From Selaginella moellendorffii (Eukaryota > Plantae > Lycopodiophyta), in assembly GCF_000143415.4 (NCBI RefSeq), contig NW_003314273.1, positions 878,074 through 942,073 on the forward strand: 64,000 nucleotides of DNA, given 5' to 3'. The number at the start of each line of letters is the position of its first letter. The stretch's first letter is position 1. This document shows, in pieces, positions 1 through 13,672 of this stretch. The notes under the pieces are model-generated. The model had not been told where the DNA came from, did not search any database, and saw nothing but the letters and a program-made list of their open reading frames with translations. The position numbers and the translations under genes were made by a program.

Positions 1-47
1 TTGAGTTGATTGGCAGGAAAAAGAGTTTTTTTTGCGAAAAAAGATAT

Positions 48-275
48 GTACCAGTATGAATTGTAGCTGCTTGGGAAGAGGGCGACTGCAATAGATCCAA
101 CAAGTTGTACAGAATTAGGGACTGCTTTGGTTTCTGCAAACCAAGAGACAAGTTAGATGCAAGAACTAGTTTCAACAACAACAAACCTGCGTAGAAAGAT
201 CGAATTTGTCCAGAGCAAGAGCAAAGGGCATCGTGAGAAATAGAGAGAACTGCCTGCAAAGACATCCCAGTGTCA
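48..275 (-). CDS. Possible internal exons of a gene running off the left window edge (product unknown)
   Basis: Two short open segments on the minus strand separated by a GT..AG intron-like gap (~138-186); no recognisable motif. Confidence 0.2.
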
Positions 276-464
276 CACAGTATCACAGAGTCATTTTCTG
301 TGTCAGTAGAATAGACAAAATTTAGACAAAATAAAACCATGTACCTCATTTATACTAAAAGGTAGAAGGTAAAGAACGCTGTCAATCTTTAAGATCACTT
401 TGTGTTTCTAAAACCAAAATCTAGGGTTCTAGCACGATGCGTGCCTTGGATCTATGCAGCTAGC

Positions 465-2069
465 ATGGCAGTCCCTGACGAATCCAGCCTCGCCGGCTGC
501 GTCGCCCTCATCAAATCCTGCCGGAATCTTGCCGACGCCGAGCGAGCGCACGCCCGGATCCTCGCCAGCCCATTCCTGAGCAGCGATCGCCGCTTCCTCT
601 CCAATCTCCTCATCGAGATGTTTGGGAAATGCGGCGCCACGGCCCAGGCCAGGCGTGTCTTCCGCGGCATTTGCTCCAAGAACACCTTCTCTTGGGCGAT
701 GATGCTCTCGGCACACGCCCAAAATGGCGAGGTCTCGGCGGCGAGGCAGATCTTTGAGGCAATGCCGTGGTGGAATCTGGTGTCGTGGACTGCCATGCTT
801 ACTGCCTATACCCAATTCGGGCATCTAGACCGAGCTAAGAAGCTCTTTGATTCGATGAGCGAGCGTGATGTTGTCGCTTACACAGCAATGATCTGCGCTT
901 TTCTTGCCGATGAGAGAATTACCGACGCGGAGCAACTCTACGAAGCAATGCCAGAGAGGAATCTGGTAGTTTGGACTGCAATGATAACAGCATATGCCCG
1001 GCTTGGGTATCTTTTTAGAGCGGAAAAGATATTCAACCAAATGCCCGAGCGGGACGTTATCGCTTGGAATGCCATGGTCGCTGCGTATGCACGGGAGAGA
1101 TCGCTCGGTCGGGCGTTAGAAATCTTCCAAACCATGCCTGAGAGAGATTCCGTGTCGTGGAACGCGCTCTTATCAGCATATGCCGTTCAAGGGCATCTAG
1201 AAGCCGCTAAGGAAACGTTCGATGATATGCCAGAGAGGGACATTGTCTCGTGGAGCTGTATGCTCTCGGCTTATACCTTGAATGGGCATCTTGAGAAAGC
1301 TAGCGAGCTTTTTCACAGGTCTCCAGAGTGGAGCGTCGTTTCGTGGGCTTGTATGCTCGACGCTTTCTCGCAAAAGGGTCTCCTGGAAGACGCGAAGTCG
1401 GTGTTTGATGTTATGCCCGAGTGGAATCTCGTGGCTTTTAACACGCTGTTGGACGCTTACGCTCAACATGGCGATCTTCAGAAAGCCAAGAACACGTTTG
1501 ATTCTTTCCCGGAGAGAGATGATATCTCCTGGACTGCTTTGCTCAATGCTTATGCTCACCATGGCCATCTCTGGAAAGCCAAGGACTTGTTAGAAGTGAT
1601 ACCACAAAAGTACGAAGCTCCGCCGTGGAACGCAATTTTAGCTTCGTTGGCTCGAAATGGTCACTTCGATGCGGCGCTGGAGCATCTTCACGAGATGGAA
1701 CTCGAAGGAATTCCAGCCGACGAAGCGTCCTTCGCTTGCATCATTCTCGGTTGCAGCCACAAGGGAGATCTCCACGATGGCTGGTCAAAAGTCCGGTCCC
1801 TCATCCTCGATCATAGTGTCCGGCTCACCAAGCAGCTATACTGCTCCATCACTGACCTGTTGAGCAGGGCTGGATACTTGCGAGAAGCCGAGGAGATTTT
1901 GTCTGGTATGCCTTTCACCCCGGACGTTGTCGACTGGAGATGTCTTCTTGGTGCGTGTAAACGCCAAGAAGATACTCAAAGTGGAGCACAGGCTGCAAGG
2001 CAAGCTCTTGTGGCGAGTCCCGAAGATCCATCTTCTTGCGTACTGCTGGCCAACGTTGTCTCTGTATAG
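465..2069 (+). CDS. PLS-class pentatricopeptide repeat protein with E domain, no DYW (organellar RNA-editing factor type)
   Basis: Intronless ORF with many MPER(D/N)xVSWxA repeats and a C-terminal SITDLLSRAG...MPFTPDVVDWRCLLGACK E-domain; first ATG at 465. Confidence 0.92.
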   Translation: MAVPDESSLAGCVALIKSCRNLADAERAHARILASPFLSSDRRFLSNLLIEMFGKCGATAQARRVFRGICSKNTFSWAMMLSAHAQNGEVSAARQIFEAMPWWNLVSWTAMLTAYTQFGHLDRAKKLFDSMSERDVVAYTAMICAFLADERITDAEQLYEAMPERNLVVWTAMITAYARLGYLFRAEKIFNQMPERDVIAWNAMVAAYARERSLGRALEIFQTMPERDSVSWNALLSAYAVQGHLEAAKETFDDMPERDIVSWSCMLSAYTLNGHLEKASELFHRSPEWSVVSWACMLDAFSQKGLLEDAKSVFDVMPEWNLVAFNTLLDAYAQHGDLQKAKNTFDSFPERDDISWTALLNAYAHHGHLWKAKDLLEVIPQKYEAPPWNAILASLARNGHFDAALEHLHEMELEGIPADEASFACIILGCSHKGDLHDGWSKVRSLILDHSVRLTKQLYCSITDLLSRAGYLREAEEILSGMPFTPDVVDWRCLLGACKRQEDTQSGAQAARQALVASPEDPSSCVLLANVVSV

Positions 2070-2508
2070 AATTGCTCGAGCGCTTTTACTGTTTCGTGAA
2101 CTTGTCCACAGGCTTTGTAGTGCCTAAAATAAAAGGCAGCGTGAAAACAACTAGATAGAAGACCGGATAAACGTTCTTTCAGCATCACTAGCTTGACCTT
2201 GCTCCTTCAATAGAACTCCCTGATAAATATTATTATTATTATGCCCAACTAGGAGCATAAGATCGATGTATTTGGTGTAAGAAAAATACACCTGAATAGG
2301 GACTTACAAACCTTGGCCAAGTATCATCCAGACGACTTTTTATCAAAGCATCATAAATGGTTATGCATCCATCAGACAATTCCACACAGACTACGTTTTT
2401 CCAAGCAGGAGATCAACCTGTGAAAACAATCTCATGAGTTCAAATATTATATCAAGCATTCAGTCCTCAACTGAAGCACATTGCCTTGAACATCATTCTG
2501 CCTTTAAA
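2070..2508 (-). pseudogene. Degenerate duplicate of the 3' exons of the TPR gene at 9393-11372
   Basis: Colinear similarity to ~9377-9870 (e.g. gaccttgctccttcaatagaactcccctgataa, aaaccttggccaagtatc, ccaagcaggagatcaa) with indels. Confidence 0.85.
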
Positions 2509-3299
2509 ATTAACCATGCAGGATGTTATCTCTTGGAATGCCATTGTTAAATAATAAAAAATAAAAACACACAATTACTATGATTTCATGATAAGAAACA
2601 ATATTCCATTAACAAACACTACATTGAGAGCTAAATACAAAATATTTAATCCACCCTATCATTACTACTTTCTTATGCTATCATATTGTCCATTTATAAG
2701 TAGTATATTGGCATCATGAAATTTAAAAGGATATTAATTGTAGGTAGTATATTGGTCATCATGAAATTTGATAGAGACACTGTTACTGATTGTCACACTA
2801 ATGTTAATATATTTTTCTCATCACCAATGCATTTCAACACTTCTTGTAATATATGTAATCATGGGATGAGATTTAGACTGTAGATCTTTAGAACTTTGGG
2901 GGATATATAAAGATAAACTACTTGCTAAAGGTTATTTTATCAAATAATTACCCTTTTTCTAAAAGAGACATAAATTATTTTATATAAGTATCAAAGAAGA
3001 TGGCACAAGTCTGATTCCCATTTATTAGTTTTGAGTAAAGTAAATTCCCACCCCTAAAATTGAAATCATACACATTGAGCATATGCAGACAAAGGGATCT
3101 ATTATGGGATTACAGAATATTAATAAATGGTTAATGAAGACATTAACATAGAGAGGATGAGTATAGCACATAAACAATAAACATCTAATTCCTTTTACTA
3201 GGTTATTACTTCTCAACTTAAATACAAGTAAATTAGACAAGAAACTCTTCTCTTCAAGATTGGAGGGAGCTATAACAATATTTAACTTTGTCTATAGTG

Positions 3300-4917
3300 G
3301 TTTTATACACTTTAGCAAACTTATCTCTAGTTTGTTACATTGTCATGTCTCAACTAACACTCTACATCACTTTAGCCTCTCATGCCACTTCTTTAGTGCT
3401 AATATACCATCACCAAGTGCCCCCTATCTTGTTTCTAGGGCACTATTGGGTTGGAATCTTCAGAATCACCATATTTGCCCAATGAGGAAATTGTGGTAGG
3501 GCAAATTGGATTGAGTAGAAGGCTATATTGAAATTATAATGCCATGCCTCCACCTTCTTCCCATGCTAATAAAGAGTTTTTTTTATGGCTTTTGCACATC
3601 ATTTAGGTTGCTACCTGAAGAACCTTCTTTTTAGCCACTATCAATATAAGTATGTGCTAGCCCCACCTCAATTTGTGTGGATGCTTTAATGGAGAGTGCT
3701 TAGGTAATTAAAAGGTGGTGAATATACAATGATGAGGTGTTGTGTTGCTCTAGCTAGTCTATCAAGTGCCTCACTTGAGAGTAGCAAATGCAATACCAAT
3801 TTACCAGCCAGTGATGCCAAATTCAGCTAGAGAGCATCCTAATGTCACTCTTGATATGAAGGCCAAGTGCCTATTCTACAAGCCAATATGAAGGATGGAA
3901 ACAAATCTTCATAGTCTATGTGGTGACAACAGATACTTTTGTGGGGCAAGTGTTCAGAGTTACAACTTTTAAGGGCCCCCTTCTTCACTTGGGCATTAAG
4001 AGCTTGTTGCACTATTATGATGACCAAAAGATATCTCCCACTTGTTCTTTCACAATTTTTGCTCCTAATTAGGAGCAAAATGAAAGACGTGGTTGTAAAT
4101 GCCCTCTTTCTTTATACAAATGATGGTTTGCAACTAGTGGGGACATGTTACAATGTCCAGCATGCTCTTAGAGCAACTTGGAGGTCTTTACCACCAACTT
4201 TGACCTCCAAATGTATCACTAACATATGCCAAAGTGGTAGTGTGTCTAGAAGGCTTGTTCTTCCATATAGCCATTCAAAGCCAATTTGCTCATCCAAACT
4301 CTTATAGGCCACTTCTCCATCTAATAAGAACTAGAGAGTATCTTACCTCTATTGCAAGAGTTACCTACTTTAGGCATCTATTAGGAATTATCTTTAATCT
4401 AGGATGTTGCTTTTTTATAGAGTAAGTTTGTTTATTTAAACTTTAGCTGGTTACTTCTCTACTTAAAGGCCATTAAAGGCTTTTGTCTTGGGAGAAATGG
4501 CCACTATGTTCATTGTTGTAACATGTATCTAGATGGGTAATTATGTTTAGTCATATGTTTTCTAGTTACAACAATAGTAGATTCTGACCAATTTTTTCAA
4601 GCTGTATCAAGCTCCAATACTTAGATTTTTAATTCTTTACTTTTTAGCCTTTTTAGGAGCTTTGGTACATACTGTTATAGCATGTGTATTTATGCCACTA
4701 TTATAGAGTATGATTTATTTAAGATTTACTCATAGGATATTGGCTTATTTGTGGCCCAAGTATAGGAGTTTGTAAAACTTTTTTGATGTTAGGGGGAGTT
4801 TGGAGGATATAATTCAACCATTTAAGTGAAGCATCTAGAACATGACTAATACTTATTAGACTCCTGCTTTAACCACTACCATATGGCACACTTTGGGGCT
4901 TAGGGATTTGTGTCTCA
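3300..4917 (-). mobile_element. Highly decayed Ty3/gypsy-like LTR retrotransposon remnant
   Basis: Minus-strand end at ~4917 (tgagacacaaatccctaagcccc) matches the LTR-like start at 49559; degenerate PBS-like agtattggagc at ~4612-4622; weak RT/RNaseH/integrase-like peptides (FEWLY, LPHKS, SLAEFG) broken by stops. Confidence 0.45.
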
Positions 4918-5071
4918 TACTACTCCTTAGAAGGTTATCTGAGTAAAGCATACTACCATCATTTTCACATTATTGATATATGGTTGCAAAACATTTCAAT
5001 TTACTTATAACCTAATAATGAAGCAATAAGTTGTTTCGAGTCAAATCCTTTTGAAAAGCTTATGATAACAA

Positions 5072-6240
5072 ATAACATGTTTAGACCAAAAGTTCCGACT
5101 TGAAAAGTCGAAAGTGGGAGTGGAACTCCCAACAAAGTGCTCAAGGAATAAACATAAAGCAATCGATGAATAAATCTCTAAAAAGGGACATAAAAAAAAT
5201 TGACATATAATAAGTGTTATGACACGTGGAAGTTTTGGGACTAAGTCTAAGATGGAATCTGAAATGGAGTTCGAGATAGAGCCCCAAGATGGAGTTTGAG
5301 ATGGATCTGAGATGGAATTCAAGATGGAGTCGGAGATGGAGTTTGAGATGGATCTAAAATGGGGTTCAAGATGGATCCGAAATGGAGTTTGAGATGGAAA
5401 ATTGGGTTTGAGACCGAGACTGAGTTTGAGTTTGAATCTGAGTCCAAGTCTAAATCCGAGTTTAAGACTAAGTCGAAATATTAATACAAGTCATAGGGTG
5501 AAAACCCAAAGTGATCATCCCCCAAGGGTGGGGGGGAAGGGCTATGGGGGGTTCTAAAAATATAGTAGGGAGAGTGTGGGGGTTGGATTTTAGTGGAACC
5601 AATTTAGCAAAAAAAGGTTAGTGTGATCCAAGAAAGCTACACCCACATGGTGGGTAATGATATAACGACTAAGGAATCCAAAATTAGAGTGAACATAGAT
5701 AGATAAGTAGGGTAACTTAGTAAAGTGTTCAAAAGTAAACTTTAGATTGAATAGTCAATACTCCCAATCCAAGTATAGATGGCACTATTTATTTGGATAC
5801 CTAACATTTCTAAATTCTAGACTGTGGAAAAGAAAAAGAATAATCCTTTTGTGTAGTGACTAAGGATACGATCATATGGTAATATTAGCGAGCACAATCG
5901 TAGACAAAAAAGAATTTAGTGGGGACTAAAGAAGGGATATTGAGAAGGATGGATGGCTTAGTGTTTGAGAAAAGGGACTATGGCATGGGTGGTTTTGGAT
6001 TATTAATGAGATAAAGGTAAATGGATATAGGTTTAGCATAACAAATTAATATGTCATTAGGATTGAACACATAGAGCACTTAGATTAAGTGTAAAGGCTG
6101 AGTGGCATAAATGCCATTTATAGAGTTAGTATGTCCCTAAGTTGGGAATAATACTTATAGAGGTTGTGAGTAAGATTCTTTCAAATGGTTAAAGGTATAG
6201 TTAAGTGATTAAAGTAAAATGGAAAATTTAGTTGCTTACA
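5072..6240 (+). mobile_element. Solo-LTR-like repeat, copy 1 (copy 2 at 49639-51085)
   Basis: Colinear similarity to 49639-51085; starts at taacatg, ends in TTACA; contains internal tandem arrays. Confidence 0.7.
5245..5475. repeat. Tandem arrays of ~12-bp GAGATGGA(G/T)TYY and 6-bp GAG(A/T)YY units
   Basis: Directly visible periodicity. Confidence 0.85.
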
Positions 6241-9064
6241 AGTAAATGAAAAGCTCAAAGATAAACTACTTTTGTGACATTGCTATATATTTTTGGGCAT
6301 AGTACTCCTCACTAGGTAATATTAGTTTATACATTTCTCTCTCTATTATGTTTCTTGCTCCAAAAGTGAATATAAGAGAAAATGTCCTTGACTAGGGGAT
6401 ATGGATGCTCCATATATACCATGTAAACAAAGAGGGAAAATATAGATATAGTGCTTTATCAACTACTTTAAAGTATATTATGTTGCGTCATTAGTAATAA
6501 AAAAGAGAAAGCAATAAGTAGATGATAAACAAAAAGAAGAATAACTTAGCTTAGCTTATGAAACTATTGATGGGCTATATTGATAAATTAAACTGTAAAT
6601 GCCCAATCTATATTGTGCTAGTACTTACTACTATCTCCAAGAGGCATACACTATAAATAAAAAAAATTGAGTTATGATTATACTTAGTACTAATGTCTTG
6701 ATATATTATATGGATATTGGCATTAGCTTATGTGAAGTTACTTAGTCTAAGCTATATTGAAATGATTATGAATAAGACTCTAGCTAACTTACATTCAAAT
6801 GTGATATCAAGACAAAGAAGGTAGTAGTTAATAAGACCCATTGTCTTATCAATTTCTCTTTTATATATGGTGACACTTATCAATATGCCTACACACAAAT
6901 ATTAGAGTTAAAAGTTTTAAATAAGAAAAAAATTAAAGAAATTAAATTTAAAGATCCACTCACTTTAAAAAAGAAACATTCCCCTGAGAATTGTTATATC
7001 ACTAGCCTCACACTAGCTTATAAAAATGGGAGTATTAAAATTAAATACCAAAAAAAATAAAACATTTCAAAAATAAAACAAAAGTTTTATTAACTTTTAG
7101 ACTTTCATATATTCTTGTAATCTTGAAAGCAATTCTAGTATAAGAACCAAGAACTAATATGACATCAATTGGATAAAAAAATTATTCCAACTTTAACTTT
7201 AGAAACATATATAAGTAGAACCATCTAAAATGTTTATACATCTTTCGCCACCATCTCTTTATCATTTATACAATATGAAGAAACTTATAAAAATTACATA
7301 TTTTTTATATAATTTAGAATTAAAATAACATATTTAATTATATGTTAAGGGTCCTTAAATGAAAAATGTTTGCTCCAAACTTTATAAAATGTTTATATCT
7401 TATGTGATGAGATTAAATTTAGATTAAGTGTTGAGTAGATCCTAAAATATTTTAATTCTAAAATATTCTATTACCATTGGGATTGCATTGAGCACATTAT
7501 CTATTAATTTGATTTAATTATTTAATCAAGATAATTGTTTTTATAAAACTTTTGTTGTTATTAACCATGGTTTTTAAAATTTGGCTACTAAATGCCAAAT
7601 TCTGTCACATAATATATATTTCATCAAAGCAAGCTTGAACAATTTAAATTCATTAAATATAATGACACAATTACTCACAATATAATATTAAAATATAGTG
7701 ATGCTAGTTGTTTATAGTTTGTAAATCTTTGGATAAAGCTAAAAGTAATTAATTATCTTTAAAATTTATAAAATAACATTAAAAGTTAAAAACTAGACAA
7801 AAAGAGTTTTACCTTTATCTCTAAAAATGACTAATTATTGCTACTTAAAAGTAATCCCTTTCTTTAATAAAATTTCATATTATACATTCTTGGGATTTAT
7901 ATAACATAACACTTTTGTTAAATAAAATTTCTGACCTAAATTTTTTCTCTTGAACAATTGTTAATCTTTTTGCATTTGAAAAAAAAAGAAAGTTACATAT
8001 TTTTGTTTTATTGTAAAGCTTTTGGTTTTTTTATTAAAATTTTGTTGCTACTAATCATGAATATGAAACTATTAATCATCTTTTCTATTTGAATTAAAAA
8101 GAAAGATAAATATATACAGAATAAAGTGATTTTACTTACCAAAAGTAATAAGTTAATAATTTTAAAGATTTAATTCCCTCAAAAATGAAACAATATACTC
8201 CAATTTTTTTAAAAAATTTATCTTGGTAATTTTTAAATAACCATTTGTTATACAGGTTATATAGACCTTTCTTTTTTATAATGATTAGACTTGGGGAAAA
8301 AAAGGCTTAAATGATAAAATACAAGAAAAAAAAAACTTATTGTCATATATCCAATTTGATTCATGTAATCTTCAATTGAAATATTATAAATAGTCATAAT
8401 TATACTTGCCAAGTGTTTAATATCTTTTGATGAGAGACTTAAATTTAAAATAAAAAATTTGTGAAAAATCGAGAAAAACTAAATATTTAATGAATTAACA
8501 TTTTTTTACAGTTAGTTTCACTACCTGAAAGATCTTATACTCATTTATCTATACCCGCCAATTATATATAATAGTCATTATAAGCTAGAAAAAATGGCTG
8601 ATTTTTGAAATCTTTCATTACCAACTATTGAATAAAAAAGCTTAAATATCATATAAACTAAGGGAGCATTTATTTTATAAATATCTATAATAGGCAATCA
8701 ATCCTGGTTGAATATAAAACAAACAAAACACTGATTAAAATCCCTATTACCTTTGTTAAGTTATTTATTTTGTTTCATGGTTATTTTTTACTAGATTTTT
8801 AACCATATGGCTAAAAATGGTTAGCCATATTCATTTAAACCTTTATAACCTCAATGCAATGCATCATCCTTCAACACAAGGAAAGACCAAAAACTGAACT
8901 CACCTAACTAATGCTAAAATCTGTAGTGCAAGTAAGAAAACACTGATTGTTTGTTATTGAGTGGTCGAGTAGAAAGAGTGTTATGGAAACTACTGCACAT
9001 ATAAGGGCGACCTAAAAACACCATTGATGTAATGATGTTTAATGGTCAATTATAAATCTGGAAT

Positions 9065-9376
9065 CTATGCACGCTAGAGATCGCTCGCTTGGGCGCAAGA
9101 ACTCTTCCAAACAATGCCTGAGAGATTCAGTATCGATCATACGTTCAATGATATTCCAGAGAGAGAGGGACATTGTCTCGTAGAGCTGCTCTTGGCTAAT
9201 ACCTTGAATGGGCATCTTGAGAGAGCTAGCGAGCTGTTTCACAAGTCCCCAGAGCGGAGCCTCGTTTCTTGGGTTTGTATCGCAAAAGGGCCTCCTGGAA
9301 GACGCAAAGTCGGTGTTTGACGCTATGCCCGCGTGGAATCTCGTGGCTACTGCTGGCCAACGTTATCTCTGTATAG
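9065..9376 (+). pseudogene. Internally deleted, frameshifted copy of the PPR gene at 465-2069
   Basis: Matches ~1086-1436, then jumps to ~2042-2069 (ctcgtggct|actgctggccaacgtt). Confidence 0.88.
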
Positions 9377-9392
9377 ATTAGCTCGAGTGCTT

Positions 9393-11372
9393 TCACTGTC
9401 TCGTGTACTTGTCCACGAGATACTTAGCCTTTGCAGGAGCGAAGTAGCGTGCCTACCATGTTGCGAGTTAATTAGCGTGAGAAAACTAGATAGAAGAGCT
9501 CTTACTTGGATAAACATTCGTTCAGCATCGCTTGCCTGACCTTGCTCCTTCAATAGAACTCCCTGATAAGCATTTGGTGTAAAAGAAACTACACATGAAA
9601 AACTTGAGGACTCACAAACCTTGGCCAAGTATCCTCTAAAGTCATCCGGACGACCCTTTATCAAAGCATCATAAACGGTTAATGCATCCGTGGGACGATT
9701 CCATGCAGAGTATGCTTTTCCAAGCAGGAGATCAATCTGTGAAATAATCTCGTGAGGTCAAAAATTACGTCTAGCGCACTTACCTGCACGGGATCCAGTG
9801 ATGAGGAGGAGGTTCCGTCTTCCGCGGGAGCACTAGAAGAAATTTTGTCTTCAACATCATCTGCCTTTAAGACTTGGACACCAGGTGCCGTTTTTGTTGT
9901 TTCCTTTGCTCTAAGAAGCTCGTCCACTGCCTAAAATGTTTTAGTAAGAAACGTCAGGCACAGCAAATATCGTTCGTTACCTCCCCAGGTTTATTGGCAT
10001 CTATTAAAGCTTCAGTGAGTCCCAGTAAAAGTTCCATGGAGGTCGAACCAGAAGCCTGAAGACAAAAACCGTTTACAGAAAATGTCTAAAAGCGACATGA
10101 ATTACTTTGATCGCCTGGCGATATGCATTGGAACTTCCCTCAAAATCATTCAACGAACTTTTCACCTCTGCTAAGAGCCTTAGCGCTTCCACATTGCTTG
10201 GAGACATCTGCATTTCAAACAAGTCAAGCTAGTCATATCCATGCGGCCAATGCATACCCGAATAAGCTTCTCTAGATTGGTTTGAGCTTTAGCGTATTCA
10301 CCAAGCTCGGCATAAGAAACAGCAGCCCCCTGCCAAACAGAGATCGATCAATGGGAACTTCAAAGCTTGTTCGAAACCGTATACCTCAAGCGCAGACAAA
10401 TCATCTGGAGAATTTTTCAAAGCTTCCTCGAACTTTTGAAGTTCTGCCTGTTTAAATACGCGTCACAAGTGTTTAGGAGCAAAAACAGTAATGCTTTACC
10501 TTGAATTTCTCCTCCTCTTGGGGCCTAAGCCTCTTGCTGGCAACCACACCGTTGTCTAGATTTGTACTACAGGAAACGAAGTGAGTGCTAGTGTTAAAAA
10601 AAAACTCGTGCGGCCGTAGAACAAACCTTGCTGTCGGAAGAAAGTCGCCGATTGCAAATGATACAATGAGTCCGAAGACAGCGAGCCCAGCACCAGCCTA
10701 TAAAAAATCCTGAACACCTCATGGCTCGTAAAAAACAAAAGCACTGACCAAAAGTTACCTTGAGAAGCAGGTTGTTCTTGTTTTCTTCTTTTGGGGGACT
10801 GGAATAGTCGAGAGGACCAAACTTTCTCTCCTTCTGGATTCGTAGCTGCTCTTCGCCAGAACTGGAAAACATAAACTAGTACCACTTGCAACTCACTCCA
10901 TGTACCTTTTGATTGCTTTAAGACGCTCCTCAAAGTCAGCATTGTCATCTTTCTCGAAAGCTTGTTCGCCTGGTAGAAATTCTGGAGGAAAAAAGAAGAA
11001 ACTAAGAGAGCATAAACTCCAGCGTCTAAGAAACTTACGAGCAATCTTGCTTTCCAAAGGCTTGGTCCTATGGATCAAAGGAAAATAAACACTCTTTCAC
11101 GAAAGAACACACATCCTTACACTGGCTTTGGTTTCGCCCGCTCCTTCCTATCGCTCTTCTGCGACCGCATTCACGCAATGTATCAAAAGAATTCCATGCT
11201 TGCATGCTCACTTTGGAATCAAAACCGCGCGCTCCATCGCGGCAAACAACGCAGCAGCGTCTCAGCGCGCTCCTCCGGGCGCCAAAATCGCTGCTCACAA
11301 TGCACACCTGGAACGGGAAACCTAATTTTCAGCTCAATGGAGGCGACGCCATACCCGAGAAGAGGAGACCAT
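9393..11372 (-). CDS. Plastid-targeted TPR-domain protein (At1g78915-like), multi-exon
   Basis: Exons read MVSSSR/VCIVSSDFGARR (transit-like), DFEERLKAIK, LDPVQV, LIKGRPDDFRGYLAK/GVLLKEQGQASDAERMFIQ/ARYFAPAKAKYLVDKYTRQ*. Confidence 0.8.
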
Positions 11373-11540
11373 AGCCCGCATTCTAGCAAAAATATTTTTC
11401 TAACCGCGTGGCGCTGCAAATTCGTGACGCGTGGCCTTTCGTGTAACTAGGTTTGCCTTCTCTGGCTATGGCGGACATGCTCCCAGCTACCTGAATTATA
11501 TGCCACGCGTGGATTAGGGTTTTGGCATTTTCTCCGGGCG

Positions 11541-13354
11541 ATGGGAGAAGCGGGCATCGCCGCCGGGGGAGCGCCAGTCGATGAGCTCACGCAAGATGGT
11601 ATGGCGCCTCCACACTCGAATTCCAATTCTCTGCCCGATTCCGATTCCAATTCCAATACTGGCTGCGCGGCGAATCGGAGCTACCGATGCGAGCTCCCGG
11701 CCGAGAAAGAGATCGTCGCGAGAATTGGGAGCTTCGTGGAGAGGTGTAAGAAGCTACAGGACGAAGCATCGGTTCACAGTTCCAGGATAAGGGCGGAAGC
11801 GCAAGTGTTGAGCCAGCATGCGCTGGCTTACGATGCCGAGATTAAGAGCTTGAAGGGCGAGATTGCTGCGCTGCTAGAGAAGGACATGGTTGGAAATCAT
11901 CTGGTGGAAAAGGTTTTGCTCTATGCGTTCTCTCTTCGCTCTTTCTTTCTAACTTTACACTCGCATGCATGTCAGCTGGACGATGATCTCTACAGGGCCC
12001 GTAGCATGATCTACGAGGGTGATGTCGCAGCTCTTCTTCCTCACAAGTCGAATGGTAAAGCTTTTCTTCTTCGCTCTTTCAAGCGTCTTGGATTTGGATT
12101 GATCGGTGAGTTTTCCAGGACTGTTTCTACGCCTCCTCCTGGGACCAGTGAACGTCCGAGCTACCCGGAATGACGCGCGATTTAAAGTGAAGGAAGAGTA
12201 CAACACTTACAGGGTTCGTTTGCAAGGGATTTTTTTTCTCGTTTTGAAATTAATGTCTTGTTTGGCCCCATCCTTGCAGGACAGAACAGCAGTGTTGTTC
12301 TTGGCGTTTCCTTGTGTCCTCCTGTTACTCAAGAACTTTTTATGGAGTGGCTGCTTCCCAGCTGTACCTGTGCAAGCCTACCAAGTAAGTAACTTCGGTT
12401 TTGTAATCGCTCCATTAAAATCCTTCTGTCTGTGTCAGGCATGGCTGCTGTTCTTCTACACCAGCTTGGCACTGCGAGAAAACATTCTTCGAGTGAACGG
12501 AAGCGACATACGTCCATGGTATGTGTTTTATCCTGTTTTGCGTTTTTTGTCCGTCTTGAATTGTCTCTTTGTCGCTCAGGTGGGTATATCACCATTATTT
12601 TGCCATGGTTACAGCTCTTGTGAGTTTGACATGGGGCATTCAAGGGCACCCGTCGTGCGTTCGTAAACAGGTAATCTTTTGATAATTCTTCCTTTGTTCT
12701 TCCTTCTCATGGCTCTTTGTAGGAAGCTGTGAGACACTTTTTGTCTTGGGCGGCCATGCAGGGAGTCTCGATGCTACTGCAGAATCGATATCAGCGACAG
12801 CGCTTGTACACACGAATCGCTCTTGGAAAGGCAAGGCCTTGAGCGCGATATCTTGAATGTATATTCTTTTTTGCTATGGACTAACAACAGGCTAAAACAT
12901 CTCTTCTGTGGTTCTAACTGGGTGATATTACCTGTTGTTTCAGGCTGGAAGAATGGACGTGGTGTGGGGAGAGACCGCGGGGATGAAGGGACAGATCTGG
13001 GTGCTGTATCCCCTGCTCTTCATTCTCCAGGTAAAGAGATCACGATTAGTCTCTAAGGAAAACAATTCGCCGGTTTGGCTTTTCGTTACAGGCGTTCCAG
13101 TTCTTCATTGGTTTCAAACTGCTTAAAACTCCAATGGTGGACAAAGATTACGATTGGCAGGCAAGGCTTCTATCCGGCCGTGATGTTGTTCTCTAAGATT
13201 GTGCTCGCTCTTGCAGATGGTGGCGTGTGGAGTGCTGCTGATCGTGATGGCTGTTGGCAACTTCGCGAACACCATGGCCACTGTTGCGACCAAGGTGAAA
13301 GTCAAGTCTCGGATGAAGAGAAAGTTGCAACGAATGTCCTCCAAGACGTCCTAA
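11541..13354 (+). CDS. TMEM120: TMEM120/TMPIT-like membrane protein, multi-exon
   Basis: Motifs LLLGPVNVRATRNDARFKVKEEYN, LALRENILRVNGSDIRPW, RMDVVWGETAG, VMAVGNFANT. Confidence 0.9.
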
Positions 13355-13672
13355 ACGCGGCGGCTTAGCAACACTAACAGCGAAAATAATGCGCGTCGAT
13401 GACTAGCCCAGTCAACGCCGGTCAGCATAATTTTTGGGTGGTATTGGAATATGCGCGGTGTCTTGACATACATCGCTTGCGTGAGAAGTGTGTATGATGA
13501 GGCAATGCCAGGCGCTTGCTTGTGGGAATCATGGAAGCAACTAAACGATAGAAAAGAAAAGCTTGCAGGAAATTCTCGCGATTTTTTTTTCTCTTCGTGC
13601 CATGAAGTTTGCTGGCACGATCGCAATGCTTCATAGCTTCCAATTCTTTTGGAATTGGAGGGGTGGCCTTTG

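Noticed and set aside
6250-9050. Very AT-rich block as a specific Helitron or DNA transposon
   Set aside because: No termini, TSD or coding remnants could be supported
11328-11352. Apparent in-frame TGA after MASPPLS upstream of the TPR gene (readthrough or recoding?)
   Set aside because: Better explained as lying inside a GT-AG intron after exon MVSSSR
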